A stretch of 64,000 bases of DNA from Azolla caroliniana. Taxonomy: Eukaryota; Plantae; Polypodiophyta. Under the pieces are notes generated by a model. It was not told the origin of the DNA and did no database searches. It saw only the letters and a program-made list of their open reading frames with translations. How positions within the stretch are numbered: the first letter of the stretch is position 1; the number at the start of each line of letters is the position of its first letter. This document shows, piece by piece, positions 1-9,994 of the stretch. A program made the translations under genes and the position numbers. Location: assembly GCA_043228905.1 (NCBI GenBank), contig JBHGNT010000003.1, forward strand, positions 20,708,001 through 20,772,000, given 5' to 3'.

Positions 1-189
1 ATGAAGAACTGGGTTGATCTATCTAAACATAAATATACTGCAAAAACAGAGAGAGAGAGAAGCCTTAGGGCATAAGTTAACACAAATCATAACAAACATT
101 TGTGTATAAATATTTCAAAGGTTTTGATACCATGCTTTCTTTGCCTTGCAAATACATCTGTATGTATGTGAATGAGTGAGTGAGTGATA

Positions 190-1560
190 CCTAGTAACAA
201 GAGAGGTCCCGGCAAACAACACCTCACAAAAGTGCCAAAAGCCCGAATTAAGGAGAAACAAAAGCTAATGAATTTGTTGAGCCTCGATTTGTATCAGGCT
301 CACCGAGGAGAGCTTTTAATTAAGTGATAGTAGAAATCGACACTCGATTATAGTGAGAGATGTTATAGTTACGAGTCAAAGAATGCACAATGTGACCACC
401 TGATCCAAGGTTAACTGGATAATGTGACCACGCCACGTAGGCATTTGATGTGCAATACATCGCGTGATTGCTATAATAAGAGTTTGAATTGACACAAACA
501 CTCAAGGCCTAACTAATTGCCACCATATTACACTTTGAGGAAAGTGATCCAAGGGAAGTGAAATCACTTATGTGTTACATGCTATACTCACATTGACTCG
601 AGCAATGCCCAATGATCCATCCTGCAGTGCCTCGTTGGCCATTCAAAACCAAGACCAAGTATGGGAGCATTCCAACAACTAAGCTGCCAAATCACCACCT
701 ACATGTGCAATTACATCATGACTAGATGGTCTCATTGGGCAATTCAAAGATATAGATCTTCACATGTTGAAGGTGGACATTAAGGCAGAAGCACATAGTT
801 GAGTGAACTTGTCCCACATCAAAAGAGTTGTGTGTTGTGCCACCCCATGTTAACAAGTCAAGTAGCCAAGCCACTTTCAGGTCCACTTTGAACCACCATT
901 TGGTCATTAGGACATTGAGCCCACTTGCATACTTGCGCACGGGCTAGCAATGTGGATTTTCTCTTTGTCAAATAACTACTCCAATCAATTGTTTCTAGTG
1001 ATTTTTGGTGGCCTTGGAGTGAGGTGAGTCATTGCTTTTCTCAATATGACCTACTACAATGTGCTAGGCCTTTTCAAAGTGATTGGACACCATCAAGTAG
1101 ACAAATCACGTGTCGTTGGACCCACTAATGCTAGCATTAGTGGTGACAATTTAATGGATCATTAACAACATTTTTTGCTATAAGGATCATTGTGGTGTTA
1201 ACAGTGTAGTTGGCCACATCGCTCCTCTTTTAATAGAAATTGCCTTGATGTGGCCATATTTGTTGAGGTACCAACACTCTAGATTGTTTTGGTAGTTTTA
1301 TTCGCCATGGAAACCCCATATCCGCCTTCTTTTAGAGCTCCATAAACTGATAGCTACCATAAGCTTTACGATTGATAAACTGATTGCAGCATTTCAAGAC
1401 GAGTCTTAACATTGAACTTTGGCAAAGCTTAAGGCTTCTCCTCCATGCCTTTTGCATCCCAATGTATATGCCAACAACATAAAAAGCCTTTCGTCTTACC
1501 TCACGATATAAGCTCGTGCCCGTTCCTCGATGTTTTCTTCATCCCAAGGCACGTTAACAA
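190..1560. mobile_element. Highly decayed LTR-retrotransposon (Gypsy-like pol) remnant
   Basis: Only scattered motifs, e.g. + strand FKTKTKYG-like text near 640-670 resembling RT 'AFKTKYG'. No intact ORF; boundaries approximate. Confidence 0.3.
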
Positions 1561-1659
1561 CATGAAGAAAGCCTCTTTCACACTCCTAATACCTTGCAAA
1601 CAACCCCCCACCCCCACAACTCAAAAGAGTTTACTAGTGTGAAAGCGGACAGAGAAAGG

Positions 1660-1960
1660 ATGACGTGGAAAGGCCCGCCATCATCGTCCACACGTGGCTA
1701 AAGAGTTTGGGCTGATCGCAGCCGTCGGATGCCCATCGGACGGCCGACGTCGCTCCGAGGCCTGTGCCCGACCGGCGAAAACACGTGGACTCCACACGAC
1801 TGGTCCATGCCACGTAAGGTATGACGTGGCGCCTCCCTTCCCTCCCTTCCTCCTTGTGGAGAAGCCAAAAAGAGGCCGCCACGTAGGCCGGGCCTGCCAC
1901 GTGTTCGAGGCGAGAGGGGCGACGTGGCGCCACGTCGTCGGCCACGTCGTTCCGACCATA
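1660..1960 (+). promoter_or_regulatory. GC-rich DGAT3 promoter with dense ABRE/G-box cluster
   Basis: ACGTGG/CCACGT cores near 1661, 1691, 1781, 1809, 1822, 1878, 1896, 1921, 1929, 1941; CCGAC (DRE-like) near 1744, 1768, 1952; perfect 18-bp palindrome CGACGTGGCGCCACGTCG at 1920-1937. Confidence 0.8.
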
Positions 1961-2444
1961 AGCCCTCCTCCTCCTCCAGCTCCTCCTCCTTGTGTAAGCT
2001 TCTGCAGGGAAGAAAAGCAGAATCGCCATAGCTCCTGCTGCTTGCCTGCCGTTTTGCTTTTCCTTCTCAAGAAAAGCAGCCTCCATCTCTTGCTTCTACA
2101 CTCGACCTCGCGCTGCAGAGATAAGTGAAATCTTGCCATATATCTAGAAGAGCTTTGGGTAAGCAGAAATCTCCATATCTGTTTTCTTTTTCTTTTTCTC
2201 TGAAAGAGCTTCTGGTATAGAGGAATCACGAACTCTTCAAGACGCTTCCTGGTTGAGGAGACTGTCTCTGATCCTTCCATCGTAACTCCTTATTTTTCTT
2301 CGCCGCAGAGAATTCCTGGTTTCTAGCTCTGCAAGTTTATTTATTTTTCTCAATTCTTCATTCTCTCGCAGTAAAACCAATCGTACTAATTACAATAAGA
2401 TTTTCCATATCTCGCCATATCCGTACTCAGAGCCATACCCCTTT

Positions 2445-4073
2445 ATGGCATCGCTGCAGTTTCCTGCTACTTCTTGTCTCTCTGGCCGTTCTTCTTCTTT
2501 CTCTGATCAGAGCCATATCCTTTTCTACTCCAAATCTTCATCGTCTTCTTTCTTTCCTTACCAATCCAGCGTTCCTCGGTTTCTTAAATCATCATCATCT
2601 GCTTCTTTGCGCCATGGACAACCTCACTTATCCTCGTTTTCTCCAGTCAGAGCTTCTTCTTGTCTGATCTCTGATCCATGTCCTATCAACAATGATCAAG
2701 AAAGTATTCTGCAGGAACTTGCAGAGTTGAAGAACCAGATGAAACAGAAAAAGAAGGAGCTCAAGGCATTAGCGAAGAAGGAAGAGAAGAATAAGAAATC
2801 AGAGAAGAAACTACTGAACAAGAAAGCGAAAGCTAGAGATTGTGAATCATCCTCTTCATCATTGAGCGATGCAGAGTGTTGTGATCAGTCGGTGGATATG
2901 AAGGAGCTAAAGAAAGGATTAGGTTTTGCGGAATCCATGGCAGAAACAGAAGTTCTTTCAGTAGAGGATCCAGAAGGAAGAGATGTTGTAGAAAGGATGG
3001 AAGAGAAAGCTTGCAAAGCAGAGGTAAAAATGATGAAAGAGAAAAGTAAATCAGAGAATAAGAAACTGATGAAAGAGAAGGCTAAGTCAGACAAGAAGAA
3101 ACTAGCGATGCAGAAAATGGAATGTACAAACGATTGTGAATCTTCATCATCAAGCTCATCTTCAGAGTCTAGCGATGATGAAGAGGATTGCCGTGATCAA
3201 ATTCTGGATATGAAGGACTTAAAGTTAGGATTGGTGTTCGCAGAAACCATGACAGAAGCAGAAGAAGTTATTGTTTCTGTAGAATCAATGGAAACTACAA
3301 TTAAAGCTGGGGCAGAACCCTTGCCTTTCTCTATTGAATCTATGGAAATAAGAAAAGCTTTATCTTCCTGTATAACCGAACCCATGGAACCAACAAAAGC
3401 TTCTACCGAATTCATTGAAACAGCTAAAAGTTCCCCTTTCTCCCAAGAAACCATAGGAACGGCAAAACATTCGCTTTCTTGCACAGAATCCATGGAAATG
3501 AAAAATGAGTTCTCTTCCTCCGTCAAATCCATTGATAAAACATTCTCTTCCTGTGTGAATGAATCCATCGGAGCTTCAAAAGCTTCTCTTTCCTGTACTA
3601 CTGCCCAAGAATTCATGGAACATCCAAAAGCTTTCCTTTCCTCTGTGATAGCTGATGAATCCGTGAAGAATTCTTTCCCTTCGTGTAAATCCGTGGGATC
3701 TTCAAAAGCTTCCATCTCCTGTATTGCTGCTGAAGAATCCATGGAATCAGCTAGGTTAACAGGGAAAATCCAAGTTTGTGTTGGAGGTAAGTGTAAGAAA
3801 GCAGGTTCAGAGAAGCTGATGGCTTCTTTGAGAAGCCGTATCCCTGGTGATAGTGGAGTAGAAGCAGTCCCTTGCAAGTGCATGGGGAAATGCGCCATGG
3901 CCATCAACGTCAAGGTTCAGAAATTAGATGAAGAAACGAGGAATCTTACTCAACGCCATAGCTACGTGGGAGTAGATGATGCAGACCTTATTCTCCGTCA
4001 TCATTTCGGTGGTGTTAATGAAATTCCTCCTCCTCGTTTACTTTCTCTGTCATCACCATCACCATCACCATAA
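2445..4073 (+). CDS. DGAT3: DGAT3-like soluble diacylglycerol acyltransferase with C-terminal thioredoxin-like [2Fe-2S] ferredoxin domain and probable plastid transit peptide
   Basis: 542-aa ORF: Ser-rich N-terminus; Lys-rich coil + 'DCESSSSS..ESSD..C..DMK' modules; C-terminal IQVCVGGKCKKAG...CKCMGKC...NVKV typical of DGAT3. No ATG seen in 1981-2444, consistent with a long leader. Confidence 0.88.
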   Translation: MASLQFPATSCLSGRSSSFSDQSHILFYSKSSSSSFFPYQSSVPRFLKSSSSASLRHGQPHLSSFSPVRASSCLISDPCPINNDQESILQELAELKNQMKQKKKELKALAKKEEKNKKSEKKLLNKKAKARDCESSSSSLSDAECCDQSVDMKELKKGLGFAESMAETEVLSVEDPEGRDVVERMEEKACKAEVKMMKEKSKSENKKLMKEKAKSDKKKLAMQKMECTNDCESSSSSSSSESSDDEEDCRDQILDMKDLKLGLVFAETMTEAEEVIVSVESMETTIKAGAEPLPFSIESMEIRKALSSCITEPMEPTKASTEFIETAKSSPFSQETIGTAKHSLSCTESMEMKNEFSSSVKSIDKTFSSCVNESIGASKASLSCTTAQEFMEHPKAFLSSVIADESVKNSFPSCKSVGSSKASISCIAAEESMESARLTGKIQVCVGGKCKKAGSEKLMASLRSRIPGDSGVEAVPCKCMGKCAMAINVKVQKLDEETRNLTQRHSYVGVDDADLILRHHFGGVNEIPPPRLLSLSSPSPSP

Positions 4074-5602
4074 TCCCTGGTTCAGATGACTTGAATTCAA
4101 ACTTGCCGATCAGCTTCGTCACAGAAAAAAGAAACACAGGAGATTAATTTGGTCTTGCTTTCTTCTTCAACCTTCAACAATCCTTTTTTTGCTCTTTAAT
4201 CGTATTCCATCCTTTTTCTTTCTTTCATCCTTTCTGTAGGTTTGCCATGTCCTGTCTCCTTCTCTTTCTTTGTGATATACACTCTTGGCTACCAACATAA
4301 TTTCTGGTCTTCTACTTTATCTTTCTTTCAGATTTGCCATATCCACCATATGTTTTTCATAGTAGAACAGCGTCATAGCTCTTCCTATATAAACTCCCAA
4401 GTATATAATGTATAAGCTCACCGTTCCAATGTAATGCTACTACCTACATCTTTTCTGATCTTGCTTCGCATATAGTTTTCTCTAACGAGTGATTGTGGTA
4501 AGATCATCCTTCTTTAGCTCTCTCTTCTGCCAGTGAATCCTAACTGCAGAAAAATGTTGTGCAGTGATTAATTATTAGACAAATAACATTAGTTTTAAGG
4601 ATGTCTTCTATATAGCTGCAATCTATGCTGCACCTCAAGACAGGACGACTGCATTGTTAACTCTTCTACCAACCATTTACTTGATCATTGCCATTGCTCA
4701 CAATCGAAGATTGCTTCTTTGTTCACAATCGAGGATACACATTGGTGCTTCTTTGTTCGCAATCAATTGTATGATCAAAGAATGATTAGGGTCTCCATGA
4801 GCCAAGTTTGATGGTCTACCAGCAATCACATTGCATTTTGGAACTCTATTAATGAATGTCTCAATTGAGAACATAGATGTAACAAGTTTGTGCCAGTATT
4901 GGGTGGGGTGGGTCGTAGATGTCAGGTAAGCATAGAATGTAATCAAAGGCAAAAAAGCAGTGGAGTTACCTCTCATGCTTAAGGACTCTTGGAGGGTGGA
5001 GATGTCCGGAAAGCATGTTTGAATGTGATCAAAGGCAAAGCACTGCATGGAAGGCATGGTTATATGTGATCAAATGCAAAGCACTGCATTTACCGCCAAT
5101 GCTTCTTATGCGTAAGGACTTGGCAACTTCTTTAGGGTAAAATATGCCTAGTCCACTAGTCTCATTTCTTATACCCCCTACCTCTTGTCTCATGTCAATA
5201 TTAGTGTGAACTAAGCCAAATGGAAGCAATGATTGAGAGGGGCAGACAATGGGATAGGCTCAAATGTGTATTAGTGTGTGTTGCTTCACTATTCAATCCA
5301 AGAATATGGTCTTATTAGTAGGTACAATGTATGTACATAGTATAATATGTGAATAGAGCATCGTGGTATATATGGCGTGTGAAGTGTGAGCCTCCACATT
5401 TCCTTTTTGTCATTATGCATTGGCATTGTGAAAAGGACTCAGATCAAGTGTGTTGCATCCCATCTTTCATACCATTTTTTTCATATCTTGTCTTTTGGAT
5501 ATCTTTGCTTGCTTTCCATGTGCTTCTACGAAGTTGATCCAAGGGGCTTTTCCAAACCTTAAGCATGTGCTCAACAACCCTTCCCATGGCATTGATCTCA
5601 AT

Positions 5603-5747
5603 GGGAAGTGATCCTCTCTCAAGAAGTTGGTAAAAGGGTATATAGCATTTGTTTCTAACTTTGGATAAATTTTATGGGAAGTGTGATCCTCTCTCAAGAA
5701 ATTGGTAAAAGGGTATATAGCATTTGTTTCTAACTTTGGATAAATTT
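5603..5747. repeat. ~70-bp tandem duplication
   Basis: GATCCTCTCTCAAGAA(G/A)TTGGTAAAAGGGTATATAGCATTTGTTTCTAACTTTGGATAAATTT occurs twice. Confidence 0.9.
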
Positions 5748-5799
5748 GATCAGGAAACACATTTAAACATTTTCAAACCCTTTCTAAGTGGATTTAGGG

Positions 5800-7900
5800 A
5801 TGCAATATCCCCAATTGTTCCACTCTACAAAGAAGCATTGGTATCATCAAAGTGTTGAAAAGTTATTCCTTGAGAACTTAGTACTTCAATTCTAGACCAT
5901 TGCATATGTTCTCAAATGTATATTGCGCCCTCAATCCCGGTTCTAAGCATCTATGATTAGAGGGAACCTTAAGCCTAAGGTTTTTAATGCTTTCTATGGT
6001 TTTATGTGTCTCATTATTGTGTAGGATGTACTTTATCCCTACTTTGAGACCTAACAAGCATAACTTTTATTTTAGAGGCGTTCACAGTTATTGTGTAAAT
6101 AAAAGTTTTCTTATATACCCGTAAGCTTTTGTGTATCTTCTAAAGTATTTGCAGAAAGTACCATATTATCTTCATATAACAAAGGAATTATAACAACATT
6201 CCCAATGTTAACTTCTTCGATGCCTTATTGCTTTACGAGCTTGTCAACCATTTCTTCTAATGCATCAATGCATAGACCAAAGACAATGGGCATCCTTGCT
6301 TAACACAAATGGTGCAAGTGAAAAAAAGCTTACATTCCCTCTCCCATATACAATTGGCATATTGCCTCTCATAGATTTAATCATGCATGCATATGTTCAC
6401 TTGGTATTTTGCGTTCTTCCATCAATCTCCAAGGATTCTGACAAGGTTCTTGAAGTTTGTGAAGCAACAAAATAGAGATTTACCTTTAAGACGGCTTTCT
6501 TCCATTAACACTTGAAGTATAACACAATGATTGGTAACATAAATGTGGAGCAATAATTGAAGCCCGAGAGCTTTTTGATGATTTATTGCTTGTTGGAGAT
6601 GTGGTACAATGGCTTGTTGTGTTATTGGGCTATATTGAGCATGATAAGAATGAGGATGATATACAACTCTATCCTCGAATGCTTGTGCAAGGTTTCTTAC
6701 CTAATATGATGATATTTTCTATTGAAAGCATGTGACAACATGGGAGAATTGGTAGTACATACTGAAATGAAATTAGATTTTGAGATGGATCTCAGTTAAA
6801 CGAAGGATCCATGGCTAGCCATTGTCTTACGCAAGACGGGCTTGGGAAGGATAGTCGTTTCTTTTCCATCTATTTTGTAGGTTGTAGTTGATATGCCTTT
6901 TTTAAAACTAATGGAAGGATATTTTGTTATAAAAAAAAACATGATGGTTGGTGATGACATGGTATTTACGAAAACTTGAGCATTTTTAAGCCCTCTTGCA
7001 ATTCTTTTTTGCCGATGGACTTAACTTACCACTTCCTCGCCTTCAGGCAGGTTTTTGAGCCAGACAGTATTTGCAAGTAGTGCCATCCCACTTCCATTAT
7101 ACATCCAAATATTTACGTCTCCCCTTTTATGCAAAGGTTTGATATGATGAATACTCCAATAATGGGGCATGCCATGTTACAATGCACAATTATACATATC
7201 ACTTATCCAAACATGTGTGTCTTGTCCATTTGAGAATTTTGATCTTGATGACATGAAGACCTCTTGACCAATTTCGTAAGCCCAATCCATACATCCTCAA
7301 CAATAAAGACAACATTTAACTCATGATATAAGTTCTTACACTGGACATAAACTTGTACGAGTTAGGTTACCATTGTACTCATGGTATTTCCCCTTCAAAT
7401 TTCTCTAAAATTTTCCATATTGTTTGCTTTCTCTTCGGTGTGGAGAAATTGTGGTTTAACTTCCCATATTCTTCTTTTCTTTGAATAAGTATTTTGTATG
7501 CAGGCACATAACTTTGATGGTTTCCCTTTATCTTTGATCGCATCTAAAGTTATTAGGTAAATTCAAACATCACGGCATTCCTCATCAAACCATTTTTTCC
7601 TTGAGCTACAATTATTGGTACCATTTTAATGTTAGCGTTACATCATTTTGAAACTTTGACTTTTGCAATATATCCTCAAGCATCTTGGCATACATATGTG
7701 CTCCTTTATGCACAATTATAGTTGTATTGCACTCTGATTTAACTTCATGTACTCAAATCCTTTCAAACATTTATAATCAATATGTAAAGTCTTGTGATTA
7801 GATTCTTGAGTCCATTGTCCAAGAGTATTTATGAATGTGGTCCACAATGCCTTCTAAGAACAACATTTAGTCAATAAGTCTATTTCCACTGTTTTCTACA
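5800..7900 (-). mobile_element. Decayed non-LTR retrotransposon (RTE/RTE-X-like) remnant
   Basis: Minus-strand WFDEECR at ~7571-7593 and KYLDV near 7100-7115; many stops and frameshifts; boundaries approximate. Confidence 0.5.
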
Positions 7901-7930
7901 CTTACAATAATTGGTATCAACGCGTAAAGG

Positions 7931-7933
<3 letters not shown>

Positions 7934-8002
<69 letters not shown>
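7934..8002. repeat. (GA)n microsatellite
   Basis: Uninterrupted GA run of about 69 nt. Confidence 0.98.
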
Positions 8003-8005
<3 letters not shown>

Positions 8006-8159
8006 TATACATTGTAAGGTAAGGTATTCATCTGGATTTGGAGGATTATGATTGAAATTTTGCCTTTGGGAGATGCCTTAAGCCAAAGACTAATTTATAA
8101 TGGTAAGTGTTTCTTTTGCTCAATCAAATGGGAGACTAATAGGCATCAATTTGTTTCTT

Positions 8160-8530
8160 GTCGAGTTCTTGCATACATAGAGATGAGCGGAGTGATGCCC
8201 CACTTCTATGTTATTATGGAGTACTAATTGTATTTGGGGGCTATACGAGAAATTACTTTACTTTTGATTCACAAGCTGGCGTGAAGAAATATGTTATAGA
8301 GTTAAAAGAAATATGGTAAGATCTCTAGTCAATGAGGTTTTTACTTTTGAAAAGAAATATGGTAAGATTTGCATTCAATTAGGTTTTTGCATATATAGAG
8401 AGAAGAGTGTAGTGATGCCCCATTTCTATGTTAGTTTGGAGTACTTACAATATTTGGGGGTTATACGAGAAATGACTTTACTTTTGATTCACAAGTTGGG
8501 GTGAAGAACCATGTAATAGGGTTAAAAAGG
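8160..8530. repeat. Diverged ~145-bp direct repeat pair
   Basis: 8160-8310 and 8385-8530 share GTGATGCCCCA.TTCTATGTTA...ATACGAGAAAT.ACTTTACTTTTGATTCACAAG. Confidence 0.8.
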
Positions 8531-8567
8531 ATTTCTTGAGGCAATTCTCATTATTGGAAAAGATGAG

Positions 8568-8809
8568 GAATCTATCACATGAAGAGTGACAATGATGTAA
8601 GGTGATGAGTCATCATGCTCATCTTCTAACTTGGTTTGTAGATTGGAAGTGAATTCTTCGTATTTGGAACCCAAATTCTAACTTGGTTTGTAGATTGGAA
8701 GTGAATTCTTCGTATTTGGAATCTATCACATGAAGAGTGACAATGATGTAAGGTGATGAGTCATCATGCTCATCTTCTAACTTGGTTTGTAGATTGGAAG
8801 TGAATTCTT
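8568..8809. repeat. Recent tandem duplication (~90-bp unit x2 with partial middle copy)
   Basis: GAATCTATCACATGAAGAGTGACAATGATG...GATTGGAAGTGAATTCTT at 8568-8658 and 8719-8809; partial copy ~8677-8718. Confidence 0.9.
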
Positions 8810-9994
8810 TCATAACAAATGATTTATGCAATGGATAGCTTTGCTAAATAATCATTGTTTGTGCCTTCAAATGGGCTTATATGCACGAGGGGACATCGAT
8901 GAAAATGGCCAAGATTCTTTTCTTCCATTTGCCTACATATTGCTGTGCAAAGTTATGGATTCGTTGTTATTGGTGTTAGGAAAGGAGATTGAACTTTTGG
9001 GCGTCACTCTCCAATGAAAGGCTGTTTTCAAGCATAAAGAGAAAGGCCATTTCTTATGAGAGTCCACTTTACTTGGCTGCATTTACGGATAAGCCATAAA
9101 CCACCTTTCATTCCAAGGTTGGGAGTTAGGATACAAATCACAAAACAAAAGACATTGAATGCAAGATCAATAGTCCTAGTTGGGATGCTAACTGCAAAAC
9201 AAAAGATACTATTGCTTTAAGAGATGAATGTCACAACGTCACAACTTGAGTTACTTTCTATTGACATGATCACAAGGAAATGCCTAGAATGATATCATGG
9301 GAAATATCCAACCACATTTTCCCACTCCCATGGCATTTAACACAGAAAATGCAATCACCCTCTACACTTGTAGTCAAGGATTTTCTGACAAACAATGTAG
9401 CTCTGAGAGGAGATTCCGGATAACAATGCCGAAATTCCAATCTCCCTGAACCTTCCCCAAGCCCAACCTTAGGCCCCACCTCGTAAGCTATGAATTTCTG
9501 AGATTGATTACTAGGAATGAACATTAAAGAGAAAAACATCTCAGCATTTGCTTTCATGACATATGCACGGTAATGTTATTAAGATTTTTGTTTTGAATTA
9601 TGCACGCTTCAGAATACAAATCCATGCATACATCTATCTTCTTTCATAGTGAATTGCCCTAAGATTGTATGTGTAAATGAGTAACATATAGTTTAAATGA
9701 TTATATGTGCATTGCAGGTGTCCCGTCCTCACACTAGTATGTATGCTTATACACAAACTTCATTCTTCGAGTAGAAAATGAGACGGTGCTTATTCTCAAT
9801 AAGAATACATGATACAAAATCCAAACAATAATGCTCTTCTTCTGGCTAGAATTTCTTTTGTAAGAAAGGGTCCATTTTGAAAGGCAACCTTCACACACTT
9901 GTGAATTGTCCATGTAAAGACTCCAATGTGGAGGGTGTGTCAATTCTTTCTATGGACATAAATCTCTTAGAGACTTGTGCATACAACGATGATT

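Noticed and set aside
1634-2280. Overlapping 144-199-aa ORFs upstream of DGAT3
   Set aside because: Products of a GC-rich, ABRE-repetitive promoter/leader; no recognisable domain.
3197-3913. 238-aa antisense ORF within DGAT3
   Set aside because: Mirror frame of the repetitive coding strand; no independent features.
4698-5300. 119-aa ORF downstream of DGAT3
   Set aside because: No recognisable domain or exon structure; probably decayed TE sequence.
8568-8809. CRISPR-like repeat/spacer pattern (also 27625-27755, 21740-34365)
   Set aside because: Eukaryotic context, no unique spacers, no cas genes; ordinary tandem duplications.
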